Positions 21,259 to 32,208 of a stretch of 64,000 nucleotides of DNA are shown here, piece after piece (position 1 is the first letter of the stretch; every line of letters starts with the position of its first letter). The position numbers were made by a program, and so were the translations under genes. Below the pieces are notes generated by a model. The model ran no database searches, was not told where the DNA came from, and worked only from the letters and a program-made list of their open reading frames with translations. The DNA is from an uncultured Verrucomicrobiae bacterium (GTDB lineage: Bacteria > Verrucomicrobiota > Verrucomicrobiia > Chthoniobacterales > JAFAMB01): NCBI GenBank assembly GCA_963813025.1, contig CAWEXO010000014.1:32001-96000 (forward strand), written 5' to 3'.

Positions 21259-21481
21259 CCTGCACATCGCTCACAAATCTTAGAGATTTGTGAGCGATGC
21301 AGGCTCTGGCGAAATTCGACGGCTACGCCGGAGAATTCTGCTGTACGTTTTGGTTCTAACATAGAACTCCACATGCAGCTACGCCTCGGATCCTGGGCTT
21401 CCGTGTCCCGTAGATAATACGAATCAAATTCTGAGATCGGTTTTCCTGAGCACGAGGAGGCTTGTCACAAAAGGGACCGAA

Positions 21482-22645
21482 TTAGGCAGGCCAGTTAGTT
21501 CGACCCCAGGCGCATAAGTTTGTGAAACCATCGCCGCTTGCGAACACGTTATCGTCGCGAGTAGAAAAGGGAAATTTGTACTCTGTTTCCTCACCGCTGA
21601 CCACACCGACGATCCGCGGGTCAGTTCCGTTGTTCCACCACGCGTACATGGGCCCCCCAGAATTGCCATGGTTCAGATCACAGTTCTCCGTCTCGAGTTC
21701 CTCCCCGCCGTTATCGTCACCGTCAGTATCATTGATGGTAAAGCCTTGTTGGAACGCCGGCTCCTGCGCGTTGTCGATGTCGCCTGGGTAACCGATATTG
21801 CTCCAGACCGGTAGGTTGTTCCAGTCACTTGAATAGCCGTTGTAACCAAAGTAGCCGAGCGACGTCCCCAGAGGTTCGTACAGGCGCAGTATCGCCCAGT
21901 CATACCCAGTAACGTTGCCGTTCACGTTGTACCCACGCGCGTCAGACACGTACGACTCGACTCCTGCACCGAAGAGAGAGGTTCCGTTAAAGTACGCGGG
22001 CACAAACTGCATCCACCAGCCTGGCTGGCCTCAGGGCACCATGTGACCAGCCGTTATCACAAGTCGATCGCCGATGAGTGAACCCGTACCACTAAATCCC
22101 TGGCTATTGAAAATGCGGCCGACGAGTCCTAACGGCCACGCAGAATTGTCGAACGCGTGACGGGCATTGTCGTAAACCCACAAAGGCCGCACGCGCCTTC
22201 CATCAAACCGGCGTAACCATTGCTGCTCAGGTCGCCGAACTTGCGGTGTGGGAAGTGTGTCAATCCAGTCCGGACGATGCGAGGTGAAAGAGACGGGCTC
22301 GTTGACTTCGCCAAGGAACTTGGTCGCAGGATGGCGCTCCAGGGTAAGGCCCGGACGCGCACCTCGGAGCTCATCATTGACCGGCACTTCGATCCGCCAC
22401 ATATGCCGACCCGTGTGCTCTACGGAATCGACGCGTACTCTCGGTTTCTCCTTTGTCTCTGTTTCCGAGTAAAGAATCCGCGTCCGGGCCATCGCGCGAA
22501 GCGCCGTCGGGATGTTGCCAGTTCCGAGCGCCATTCGCCGTCTATGAATTGACGCTAATGGAGTCGGTGCTGAGCGATCGCCAATGAATCGGTGAGACGC
22601 CATCTGAACTTCCTGCTTTTCTTTCCGTTTTGGTCTTCTAGCCAT
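21482..22645 (-). pseudogene. Trypsin-like (V8/glutamyl endopeptidase-like) serine protease with one in-frame TGA
   Basis: TAGH, YDWAIL, GNSGGP catalytic triad; ORFs 22031-22645 and 21482-22012 are in one frame, separated by TGA at 22031-22033. Confidence 0.85.
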
Positions 22646-23233
22646 AGAAAAAAACTATTCCCACTCGGTGGTTAAATCTATTACCCGTTCGTACTACTCT
22701 TTGGTTAATAGCGGCTCGGGAGTCAAATCTTGAGGTTGACATTGCTCGAGCCATCGCAAGTCTCGAGCACCCAAGATTGGTAAATCTTGTTCGAAAGTTT
22801 CAAGAGTTAGTAACTTGGTCGTGATATTAGAAACCCGTTTTCCCATGAGAACTTATTCATCGTAGCGACGGTCGCGCTATGCCTTTTCGGCTCAAGGGTG
22901 GCGGCCGTTCTGGCCGCTCCTCCTCCACCCACCAACGTGATGAAGGACCACGTTGGCATTGTTATCAGGATCGATGAAAATCGCCGGACAGCAGCAGAGT
23001 AGAATAGGTCGGCTGCTTTGGATAAGAGACCAGGAAGCGAAGGACAAGGAGATCAAGACTCCGCAGGGGAACCTGGTGAGGGGATGCACTGATGGGCAAA
23101 AACCGACACGCGATGCTTTAACTAACACACGACACCGGCTTTGAGGACATTTGTTCCGTGGACGCTATCAATTATGCCCAGGAACAAGCCAAAGAGCGTA
23201 TTCAGGTTTGATTACGAAAGTACCAGTTGAAAG

Positions 23234-24415
23234 TCAACCAATCATCTCGCGATAAAGCCGTTCGTATTGCGCTAGGACGACCTTCCACTCAAAGTCGGCC
23301 GCTCGGATCGCGGATAGAGTCGAATAGTGCCGGCGAAGAGGTTCATCGAGAAAGAACCTTCGCATGGCCGAAGCGAGCTCCGACGCCTTACCCGGAGGTA
23401 CCAGCAAAGCGTCCCGACCGAATCGAACCATTTCCCGACAGCCCGGCACGTCACTTGCGATGATCGGTAAACCGGCGGCCATAGCTTCAAGCAGCGCCGT
23501 GCTGAATCCTTCGAAGACCGAGGGAATAACAAAAGCATCCGCCGTCAAATAGAGATCGATTAAAGCGTCTTGCGGGAAGGTGAGAGTGTTTCCGATGAAA
23601 CCGATCTCTCTGGTCTGCAGATCGTCACCGAGTTCAGGTGAAGCGAGCTTAAGTCCTTCCGTATCGCGTCCAACGATCAGCCACTGCGACGGAAGTCCTT
23701 CACGTTTGAGTTCATGGGCGGCCGCTAACAGCGTCGGATAGTCTTTTTGAGGTGAATTTCGACCGACGGAAAGAAAAAGAAAGGCTTCGGGACGCAGCCC
23801 TAGCGTCCGACGAACGGTTAGGCGGTCAATTGGCCGGCGAAATCGTGAAAGATCAACCGCGTTCGGAATCAAATCGATGCGATCCGGGGAGACACCGAGC
23901 GCGCGGTATTCGCGGGAAATCGATTCGGAAAGTGAAACGAGCCGAGCCGCTCGCGGTAAATACTGCCGAGTTAGCCGGTCGACGAGGGGATTTAGGCGGA
24001 CGCCAACCTGGTTCTCCGAATTCGTGAGAACATCGTCGCCCGCGCAACGGACAAGGTATGGAACGGTTTGCCGCTCATTCTGCCAATGGATCAGGGAAAC
24101 CCCGGTCGGCCAGGTCATCACTCCGTGCCACAGATCGAAGCGATGCCGCGCCTGGAGACGCGACAAGAAAAAGTCCGAAAGTCGAAACGTTAGAGAGACT
24201 GACCGCTTAAAATAGCTCCAGAGGTTTGTTGGGAAAGGGACGAGGCCGTATGGGAAGCAAATACCAATGTCACGAAGCTTTCGAACGTTCTTGCGAGGAA
24301 CGATCAACGTGACCTGGTGCCCGGCCAATGTCAGCCGCGAAGCCAGATTGTGGTGAAATATCTCTGCCCCGGATGCCTTGGGAAGAAACGATGGGGTGAA
24401 CACCGCGATTTTCAT
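23234..24415 (-). CDS. Glycosyltransferase family 4
   Basis: PSVFEGFSTALLEAMAAG EX7E motif. Confidence 0.92.
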   Translation of the reverse strand: MKIAVFTPSFLPKASGAEIFHHNLASRLTLAGHQVTLIVPRKNVRKLRDIGICFPYGLVPFPTNLWSYFKRSVSLTFRLSDFFLSRLQARHRFDLWHGVMTWPTGVSLIHWQNERQTVPYLVRCAGDDVLTNSENQVGVRLNPLVDRLTRQYLPRAARLVSLSESISREYRALGVSPDRIDLIPNAVDLSRFRRPIDRLTVRRTLGLRPEAFLFLSVGRNSPQKDYPTLLAAAHELKREGLPSQWLIVGRDTEGLKLASPELGDDLQTREIGFIGNTLTFPQDALIDLYLTADAFVIPSVFEGFSTALLEAMAAGLPIIASDVPGCREMVRFGRDALLVPPGKASELASAMRRFFLDEPLRRHYSTLSAIRAADFEWKVVLAQYERLYREMIG

Positions 24416-25533
24416 CGCCTTCTCCGAACGCGTCGAGCAGCTAGGAATCGGTAAAACTCCGCCAGCTTGTCGGCTGTCTCCACCGCGTCAGGCACCAAAC
24501 GGTGACTTTGCGCCGCTCTCAGTGCGGATCGAAAATCGGCGCTTTGGATTGCCCTTCGGACCAGCGCTCTATACTCCTCACGATTGTTTTGATCGAACAG
24601 ACCCGGGTGGCTTTCGCCGAGGGCGTGAGTGTTGCCTTCGATCCGGCTGGCCAGGATCGGTACGTCGCAAGAAATCGCCTGGAGCACAGCCAGGGATTGC
24701 CCCTCCCAGTGGGAGGGTAGAACGAAAAGGTCGAGCGCCTGAATCCAGGACGAGACTGGGCGTTGATTGCCGGCAAATTGGATTTTTGCGCCGAGTCCGA
24801 GGGCGTTGACCCGCTCCTCGAGTTCGACCCGATCGGGTCCCTCTCCGACCAGGACGACCCGGAGTTCGGGATGCGAAGCCATAAGGCTGGACGCGACATC
24901 GATCGTGGCCTCATGGTTCTTGACCTTCCGGAGAGAAGCGATTGAACCAACCAGGAAGACGTCGCTCGGCAAGCCAAGCCGTTGCCGAACGGCTAATTTA
25001 TCCTTCGCCGGCGAAAACTCGATTCGATCAATTCCGTTTGGAATCACAGCGATTCGGTCCGGCGGAACGCCAAACGAATGGGCGAAGTCATCCCGAATCT
25101 TCTCAGACAACGTGACCAGGCCGCTGGCTTTTCGAACCAGGATCCAAGTCGTCAGCCACCGATGGAACGTCTGGCGTTCGATCGTCTTATGCTGTTGCAT
25201 GACGGATAGCGCACCGGCCAACCGAGCCGCAGGCACGGAACACGTGTGAGCGTGGTAGGTGTGAGAATGAACGACATCGATCCGGTTCTGCTTCAACCAC
25301 GCAGCAAAACGCCAGCTGCCCCGCGGACTCCACCGTTTCGATCGCGCCGCGGGAATGACGGCTACCCGCTGGTCCCGGTCGCGCAGTTCTTCTCCGAGCA
25401 CTCCAAGTTCGCGCAAACAAACGAATTGCGGCTCGATGCCTTTTTTAGCCAAGTGTGGGGCCAGCGCGATCGTCAGGTCTTCCGCTCCACCGACCGGCAT
25501 CGCGATAAAAACGAAAGCGACCTTCAGTTGCAC
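24412..25533 (-). CDS. Glycosyltransferase family 4
   Basis: VGGAE, IPNGID, PSHWEGQSLAVLQA. Confidence 0.92.
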   Translation of the reverse strand: MQLKVAFVFIAMPVGGAEDLTIALAPHLAKKGIEPQFVCLRELGVLGEELRDRDQRVAVIPAARSKRWSPRGSWRFAAWLKQNRIDVVHSHTYHAHTCSVPAARLAGALSVMQQHKTIERQTFHRWLTTWILVRKASGLVTLSEKIRDDFAHSFGVPPDRIAVIPNGIDRIEFSPAKDKLAVRQRLGLPSDVFLVGSIASLRKVKNHEATIDVASSLMASHPELRVVLVGEGPDRVELEERVNALGLGAKIQFAGNQRPVSSWIQALDLFVLPSHWEGQSLAVLQAISCDVPILASRIEGNTHALGESHPGLFDQNNREEYRALVRRAIQSADFRSALRAAQSHRLVPDAVETADKLAEFYRFLAARRVRRRR

Positions 25534-25536
25534 AGT

Positions 25537-26751
25537 TTAACCCCGTTTCCCGACTGGCCGATGCGCATGCCGCGAGTCAGAGACCCGGTCCATGGCTAGC
25601 CGGTAGGCGGCCAGGATTCGCCGCCGGAAATGATCCCAGGTGAAATGCTGAACAACCCTTTCGCGCCCGGTGGCGCCATAGAGGCGAACCAAGTCGGGAC
25701 GGTCGTACAGGAAACGAAGCGCGCGCACCAGGGCGTCGACGTCGTTGGGTGGGATAATCAGTCCGTTGAGACCGTCGACGACGACGTCACCGGCTTCCCG
25801 GGTGGTTATCTGCGCAAGTCCGCAAGCCGCCGCCTCGTAGGTGGTCTTCGCGCTCCCTTCCAGGCTGGAGGGCAACACATAGACCGAACCCGCACGATAA
25901 ACATTTTCGACATCGCCGGTAAATCCGAGCACCTTTACGTTGGCCGGTGACTCTCTCAGGTAGGGCTTGATTTCTTCGTGGGGATGGCCGGCCAGCCAAA
26001 GCTCTGCGTTAGGCAGCTCCAGCTTTTTCCAAGCCTCCAGTAGCGTATGCACTCCTTTCCGCTTGATCAGCGCACCGACGAAAACTGCTCGAAAAACGGG
26101 AGGAGGAGGACCGGGCTGAAACCGATCGGTGTCGGCTCCCTGTGGCATGCTGTAAAGCTTTTCATTGGAAAATCCGAGCGCCCGAAAAGAGTCGGCGGCT
26201 TTTTCCGACTCGACCAGCAGCAAGTCGGCCAAATCGTACTCCTCCAACGTATCCTGCCGGGGAATCAGGATACGGTTTAGCCAGCGTTGGGGGATCGGCG
26301 CATTCTCCAGAGCGATCTCCTGCTCCGTTTTTGGAGGAAGGATCTTTCCCTTCTGACGATGCCAAGTGGGAATCTCAAGCAGTGACGGTATTCCAAGTAA
26401 CTTGGCGACGCGTAAGCCTTCCAAGGCGTCCCCTTCCCAAGCGTGGAAAAGGTCGAAACGACCGGTTTTGAGCTGCTGCGCAGACACCCGGCTGACTGCT
26501 CGCTTTTTTGCCGCGTAGTAATATTTGCGTTCAAAGTTTGAGAGAAGCCGGATCGGATGAAAGCGGAGCGTTTTCATCTTTCGCCGGTCGATGTCCGGAG
26601 ATCGAACGCCGTACGAAATGGCTTTTCCTAAATAAGGCTGGATTCCTCGAATCGTTTCCAGCGCTACCAGGTCAAGGCCGATCCCGCCAATGCGGGCCGA
26701 GGTCGCGTACAACACGCTTTTGGGCAGTCTTACATCAGACATTCGCAGCAA
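25537..26751 (-). CDS. Glycosyltransferase family 4
   Basis: RKGVHTLLEAW, PSSLEGSAKTTYEAAACG. Confidence 0.92.
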   Translation of the reverse strand: MLRMSDVRLPKSVLYATSARIGGIGLDLVALETIRGIQPYLGKAISYGVRSPDIDRRKMKTLRFHPIRLLSNFERKYYYAAKKRAVSRVSAQQLKTGRFDLFHAWEGDALEGLRVAKLLGIPSLLEIPTWHRQKGKILPPKTEQEIALENAPIPQRWLNRILIPRQDTLEEYDLADLLLVESEKAADSFRALGFSNEKLYSMPQGADTDRFQPGPPPPVFRAVFVGALIKRKGVHTLLEAWKKLELPNAELWLAGHPHEEIKPYLRESPANVKVLGFTGDVENVYRAGSVYVLPSSLEGSAKTTYEAAACGLAQITTREAGDVVVDGLNGLIIPPNDVDALVRALRFLYDRPDLVRLYGATGRERVVQHFTWDHFRRRILAAYRLAMDRVSDSRHAHRPVGKRG

Positions 26752-26859
26752 AGTTAACGAAGGCGATCCAACGTAATCAAGCAGAGTTGGGATCGGCTTG
26801 GAAACAGGTCTGAATTGGCGCGGGCGTCTGGTGCTCTCAGGATTTATGACCGAGGCAGG

Positions 26860-27888
26860 TTAGGCTGCCTGCCGCATGGCGGCGCGCCGGGTGCGATAGA
26901 AGTCAACGATAACCGCCGCCACAATCACGCCGCCGGTGACGAGACGTTTGACAGGCTCCTGAGCACCCAGTTGGGCGAGACCGTTTTCCAAGACCGCAAT
27001 CACTAACACTCCAAAAAATGAGTTAATCACCGAGCCGCGGCCGCCCATGAGACTAGTTCCACCGATGACCACCGCCGCGATCGCTTCCAACTCAAAACCG
27101 CTGCCCGCATTTGGATCGGCTGAAGCCAGCCGGGAACAGAGCGCAATCGAGCCGAGACCAGCCAAGGCGCCGCTGATGCTGAAGACGATTATTTTGATGG
27201 GGCGCGGATCGATCCCCGATAAACGCAGCGCTTCCTCGTTTGTCCCCAGCGCGATGAGATAACGCCCAAACACCGTCCCAGTGAGAATCAACTGCGCCAG
27301 AATCACTCCAAAGATCGCGACCCAAAAGGGCAGGGAAAGGCCGAGAAAACCAAGGTCATTGACCTGCTCGATCTGCGAACCGATGTACTGGGTTTGCGAA
27401 TTGGTCACCAGGTAAGCCGCGCCTCGACCCGCTTCGAGAGCGCCGAGCGTGACAATAAAAGAGGGCAGCTGAAAGCGAACAACCAGACTGCCGTTGATCA
27501 TTCCGCAGACTGCACCGGCGGCAACGCAGAGCAATGCCGCGAAAAATAAGGGCAAGTGCCATTGCACCAAAGCGACACCCAGAATGCCCCCGCAAAGGGC
27601 AAGGACGGAGCCCACCGACAGATCAATTCCGGCAATAATCAAGACAAACGTCATTCCAATGGCGACCAGCGCGGCGGCCGGAACTTGATTCAGAATGGTG
27701 GAGAACGTGACAGCCGAAAAAAAGTGCTGGGTGGTGACACTAAAGAGCGCGATCAGGAGAATAAGCACAACCACCAGCCCGAGGCTGTTCTCGGCAATTT
27801 CTTGCCACTGGCTTTTTCGCCGTAGCGCGCCGCGCACATCGCGGGCGACGCTTGCGGCGGTTGTTGAGGACTGAAGGTCATCCGCCAT
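26860..27888 (-). CDS. rbsC: Ribose-type ABC transporter permease
   Basis: GIDLSVGS, ELEAIAAVVIGGTSLMGGRG. Confidence 0.88.
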   Translation of the reverse strand: MADDLQSSTTAASVARDVRGALRRKSQWQEIAENSLGLVVVLILLIALFSVTTQHFFSAVTFSTILNQVPAAALVAIGMTFVLIIAGIDLSVGSVLALCGGILGVALVQWHLPLFFAALLCVAAGAVCGMINGSLVVRFQLPSFIVTLGALEAGRGAAYLVTNSQTQYIGSQIEQVNDLGFLGLSLPFWVAIFGVILAQLILTGTVFGRYLIALGTNEEALRLSGIDPRPIKIIVFSISGALAGLGSIALCSRLASADPNAGSGFELEAIAAVVIGGTSLMGGRGSVINSFFGVLVIAVLENGLAQLGAQEPVKRLVTGGVIVAAVIVDFYRTRRAAMRQAA

Positions 27889-28197
27889 GGTTGATTTCCT
27901 GGGGTCGAATATTCAGTTCCGTAGGCCTGCATCGCTCATCCGGGCCGGGTCCTGAGCCATGCAGGCAATGGCAGGAGAATTGTCCCGGCTGCGCCGGAAA
28001 GCTCTGCTGCCATGCCGGATTTATTGCCATGATGAGCACATCTCTAAAGATGCGCAAGAGTTCCCCGGTATTCCGAGGCCACCAGCAGCCTTTTTGTGGG
28101 GACTTATTCCTTATCACCTTTCCATTGCATGGTTCGGATAACAGCGGTGCCGAGGTCCGGGATACCGACGAGGCCGTCGGCGCTACGCTCAGTCCGC

Positions 28198-29712
28198 TCA
28201 AGCCGCCGCCTTACCCGACCCAAGCTCGCTGAAAGCGGCCGCCATAATCTTGTCCTCCGACCACTCTTCCCGGCGAAACGTTTTCGTAAGTTTTCCTGCC
28301 GACAGCACGGCGATACGGTCGCAGATCGTCAGCAGTTCTTTCAAATCCGAAGAAATCACAATGATACCTTTGCCTGCCGCGGCCAGGCTGTTCAGCAACC
28401 GGTAGATCTCAAATTTCGATCCGACATCGATTCCGCGGGTTGGCTCATCGCAGATGAGCACTTTACAATCACGATAGAGCCAGCGGGCGAGCAGGACCTT
28501 CTGCTGATTACCGCCGCTCATACTGACGGCCGTTTGCTCAATGCTGCTCACTTTGATGGCGAGCCGGCGGACCCACTCTTTGGCGGTCGCAGCTTCTTTT
28601 TCCCGATCAAGCCAGCCGGCGAATCGGCGCAATTCTGTGCGCAGATTCGCGAGGGTAATATTCATGCGAGCCGGTTTCGGGAGAAGCAGCCCTTGAGTTT
28701 TCCGATCTTCGGTGAGCAGACCGATACCGAGGCGCACGGCATCCGAGGGACGGTCGATCTTTACCGGCACGCTGCTTTCCCCGAGATAAATTTGCCCGGC
28801 GGCTCTGGGGTCAGCGCCAAAGATCGCGCGCACCGTTTCCGTGCGACCGGCCCCCATCAAGCCGGCAAACCCGAGGATTTCGCCTTCGGCAAGATCGAAG
28901 CTGGCCTCGCGCACCATCGGAGGAGCGCGCAATCCGACGACTCGCAATGCGCGCTTTCCGGCGATTCGCTCAGGCCGAGAGCTGGCCTCCAGGTTACGAC
29001 CGACCATCAGCCGGATAACCTCGTCGACCTGGTACTCGCCGCGGTTCAAGGTCGCAACCAGCTCTCCGTCGCGCAGGACCGAAACTCGATCGGCAATGGC
29101 CTCGATCTCTTCGAGGTGATGCGAGATAAAAATAATGCCCACATTCTCCGCCTGGAATTGTCGAATCCGTTCGAAGAGCCGCTCGGCGTCAACCGCGGTG
29201 AGCGCGGCAGTTGGCTCATCAAGAATGAGAACGCGGCAGCGGCGAGAGATTCCCGCCGCGATTTCGACCAGCTGTTTTTGGCCAATCCCTAATCGAGATA
29301 TCAGAATCCCGGGCGGCAGCTTTTCCATCCCCACGGTAGCGAGCGCTCCGGTCGCCGCCTTGTCAAGTGCCGACTTTTTGATCCAGCCCGCCCGATTTGG
29401 CAATTCCTCGAGAAAGAGATTTTCTGCGATTGTGAGGTTCTCGATGAGGTTCAGCTCCTGGAGAACGATCCGGATCCCGCTCGCTTCGGCGTCTTTTCGG
29501 GTCGCGGGCGCATAGGGATCGCCTTCCAGCAACATGCGTCCGGAATCCGGTTGCCGTATGCCGGCGATAATCTGGCAGAGCGTGCTCTTTCCGGCGCCGT
29601 TCTCCCCAACCAAGGCATGCACCTCGCCCGCGGAAAGGGTGAAGTCGACCTCGCGTAAAACGGGTTCGGCGTACGCCTTGGAAAGTTTCTCGGTCTGGAG
29701 AAGAAAAGCCAT
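28198..29712 (-). CDS. rbsA: Ribose-type ABC transporter ATP-binding protein
   Basis: GENGAGKST, two ABC domains, SGGNQQKV, DEPTRGIDVG. Confidence 0.9.
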   Translation of the reverse strand: MAFLLQTEKLSKAYAEPVLREVDFTLSAGEVHALVGENGAGKSTLCQIIAGIRQPDSGRMLLEGDPYAPATRKDAEASGIRIVLQELNLIENLTIAENLFLEELPNRAGWIKKSALDKAATGALATVGMEKLPPGILISRLGIGQKQLVEIAAGISRRCRVLILDEPTAALTAVDAERLFERIRQFQAENVGIIFISHHLEEIEAIADRVSVLRDGELVATLNRGEYQVDEVIRLMVGRNLEASSRPERIAGKRALRVVGLRAPPMVREASFDLAEGEILGFAGLMGAGRTETVRAIFGADPRAAGQIYLGESSVPVKIDRPSDAVRLGIGLLTEDRKTQGLLLPKPARMNITLANLRTELRRFAGWLDREKEAATAKEWVRRLAIKVSSIEQTAVSMSGGNQQKVLLARWLYRDCKVLICDEPTRGIDVGSKFEIYRLLNSLAAAGKGIIVISSDLKELLTICDRIAVLSAGKLTKTFRREEWSEDKIMAAAFSELGSGKAAA

Positions 29713-29818
29713 GCCATCCCGCTCTATCGGGGCGAGCGCACAGGCTTGCGAGCAACGATCCTCCCGGGGCGACGCGGTCGATCCGGCTTCTGTTTCAAAG
29801 GGGCGGCGGCAGAGTTGT

Positions 29819-30781
29819 TCAAGGTTTAGTTGTTGCGCCCAAGGTGGCTGCCGTAATCAGGTCGACTGGGGTCTCCTTGTCGGGAAGATCGGCGTTCTTG
29901 TTTTTGAGACCTTCGAGAGCGTACTGGATCCCAAAGACGGCCAACTTATCGGCGTGCTGGTCGGCGGTCGCCACTACTTCTCCTTGTTTAATCAGTTGCT
30001 GGACGGCCGAGATGTTATCGAATCCGACAACTTTAACCGACTGTAGTTTCCCAGCTGATTTCAGCGCCGACACCGCCCCAAGAGCCATATTATCGTTGGC
30101 CGCCATCAACGCGTTCAGATCGGGATGCTGCGTAATGATGCCCGACGTCACCTGGTTGGCTTTGTCTGTCTCCCACTGGGCGGATTGCGAGCTAACCAGG
30201 TCGAGCTTGGCTTCCTTGATGGCGTCCTCGAACCCGAGCTTTCGCTGGATACCGTTGAACGCTCCCGGAATCCCCTCGAGGATCGCCACTTTGCTCCCCG
30301 GTTGGAGCTGCTTAGCGAGATACTCGCCCACCATTCTGGAGCCCTTCCGGTTATCCGGCCCGACAAAGGGGAATCTCACCTTTTGATCGGCCATGGTCGC
30401 GGCATCAAACTTGTTATCGATATTGATCACCAGAATGCCGGCATCGTGCGCCTTTTTGCACGCCGGTATCAGGCTTTTCGAGTCAGCCGGTGCGATAACA
30501 ATCGCGTCGACACGTTCGGCAACCATTTGTTCGACAAGATCGATCTGCTTCGCGACGTCGGTCTCGTTCTTGATGCCATTGGAGATGAGATCAAACTCAC
30601 TGGAATTCTGGCTCTGATAGTCACGAGCCCCTTTTTCCATTGTCTGAAAAAACTCGTTGGCCAGCGACTTCATAATCAGGGCGATGCGCGGTTTTTTCGC
30701 GGACTGTGCGAGACCATTGGACGTAAAGGCGAAAGCAGCCAGCAGAATGCTGGGGATGAGAAGGCAGCGACGGAGGTTCAT
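29819..30781 (-). CDS. rbsB: Ribose-type ABC transporter substrate-binding protein
   Basis: Signal peptide, KSLANEFF, ANDNMALGA, VVGFD. Confidence 0.85.
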   Translation of the reverse strand: MNLRRCLLIPSILLAAFAFTSNGLAQSAKKPRIALIMKSLANEFFQTMEKGARDYQSQNSSEFDLISNGIKNETDVAKQIDLVEQMVAERVDAIVIAPADSKSLIPACKKAHDAGILVINIDNKFDAATMADQKVRFPFVGPDNRKGSRMVGEYLAKQLQPGSKVAILEGIPGAFNGIQRKLGFEDAIKEAKLDLVSSQSAQWETDKANQVTSGIITQHPDLNALMAANDNMALGAVSALKSAGKLQSVKVVGFDNISAVQQLIKQGEVVATADQHADKLAVFGIQYALEGLKNKNADLPDKETPVDLITAATLGATTKP

Positions 30782-30919
30782 GAGCGTGAATGGGAGGGTA
30801 ATTGGTGGTTGGGGAATGGGGACGGGGAGAGGCAGAGGTTTACAAACTTTAAAATGCGCCCTCGCGATTGGCTTTGTCAATGGGTGAATTCCGGCGGGAG
30901 AGCCAGTGGCATTCGCAGT

Positions 30920-30978
30920 GCCAGTGCTAGTGCTAGTGCTAGTGTCAGTTGTCAGTTGTCAGTTGTCATCGGTCATCG
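30920..30978 (+). repeat. GCTAGT hexamer plus GTCAGTT/GTCATCG heptamer microsatellite
   Basis: Directly visible tandem units. Confidence 0.85.
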
Positions 30979-31074
30979 CCCCGACGGAGAGTTGTTCGCT
31001 GTTGCTTAACTTGAGCTCACGAGCGATTTTAATTCTCGACCCCCATTTAAGTAACCCTCATTCAAGGAAGCATC

Positions 31075-32205
31075 ATGAGATCTCCCCTGTTGGCGCTCCT
31101 CGGTAGCGCTTTATTGTCGTTCACTTCCGGCGTCCTTCCCGGCAACGCCGCCCCGCAGAAAATTATCATCGATACTGATTTCAATACGATTGGAGACGAT
31201 GGGCAGGTATTAGTCATGGCGGCTCAGCTCCAGACCGCAGGTGCGCTCGACATTCTCGGACTGACCATCCCGACCGGCAATCAATGGCGTGACCAGGAAG
31301 TGTCGGACGCCCTCAAAGCCGTCGAGCGGCTTGGCATTGAGCACAAAGTGCGAGTGCATCCCGGCACGCAGTATCCGCTTCTGCACGACTACAAATCCTA
31401 TCTCTACGAAAAAGCAATCTTCGCGGGGACTGATTACGTTGGGGCATATGCGAGCCCGCCTCCGACACCGGCGCAGATTGTGCCGCCACCCGATGGCTTT
31501 GCCACGCATACCAAACCTTCAAATGTGAATGCAATCGACTTCATCATTCGGACGATTCACAGATATCCTCACGAAGTGACCTTGCTCACTATCGGGCCGC
31601 TCACGAACGTTGCCATTGCCATCCGCGAAGACCCGAGCATCGTGCCTTTGATAAAGAGAATCGTTTTCATGGGCGGGCAAATTGATGTAGAAGGCAACGC
31701 GTTCAACGATGTCGGTGAGTTCAACTGGTGGATGGATCCGGAGGCCGTGCAGGTGGTTCTCCGAGCGGACGTACCTCAGTTTATCGTGCCTCTGGACTGC
31801 ACCAACACCGTTCCGCTCACCAAAGCCGTCTATGATAGGATCGCGAACACTCCGCACCCGACGATCATTACCGAACTTTACAAACAGAATTTCGCTCCGT
31901 TTTTCGGGTCCGGACCGGCGCCTTTTGTGCCATACATTTATGACACGATCGCTTTGACGTATGCCTATGATCCTAGTTTCGCTACCGAGTCTCAGAATCG
32001 TTGGGTGGATATCGACACGAGCTTTGGCGGCGACTACGGACACGCCATAGGCTATTTCAGCAATTTGCAAACAGATCTGCTGCAGGAGTCCCTGGTGATA
32101 AAGACGATCAATAACAAACGGTTTTACGATTTTTATGTCGACCTTTTGACCAGGCCTGTGCCGGTGCAGCCGTCACCGGCAGCATCGAACGATCTGGAGC
32201 CGTGA
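31075..32205 (+). CDS. Secreted nucleoside hydrolase (IU-NH family)
   Basis: IIDTDxxxxxDD, TIGPLTNVA, EFNWWMDPEA; N-terminal signal peptide. Confidence 0.92.
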   Translation: MRSPLLALLGSALLSFTSGVLPGNAAPQKIIIDTDFNTIGDDGQVLVMAAQLQTAGALDILGLTIPTGNQWRDQEVSDALKAVERLGIEHKVRVHPGTQYPLLHDYKSYLYEKAIFAGTDYVGAYASPPPTPAQIVPPPDGFATHTKPSNVNAIDFIIRTIHRYPHEVTLLTIGPLTNVAIAIREDPSIVPLIKRIVFMGGQIDVEGNAFNDVGEFNWWMDPEAVQVVLRADVPQFIVPLDCTNTVPLTKAVYDRIANTPHPTIITELYKQNFAPFFGSGPAPFVPYIYDTIALTYAYDPSFATESQNRWVDIDTSFGGDYGHAIGYFSNLQTDLLQESLVIKTINNKRFYDFYVDLLTRPVPVQPSPAASNDLEP

Positions 32206-32208
32206 AAG

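Noticed and set aside
22031..22033. Selenocysteine or genetic-code reassignment of TGA
   Set aside because: Many intact genes here end in TGA, and the context suggests Trp rather than Cys
22650..23230. Possible ncRNA or small gene in a long intergenic region
   Set aside because: No recognisable motif, repeat or convincing ORF
28096..29292. 398-aa plus-strand ORF and similar long overlapping ORFs
   Set aside because: Antisense shadows of well-supported genes in GC-rich DNA
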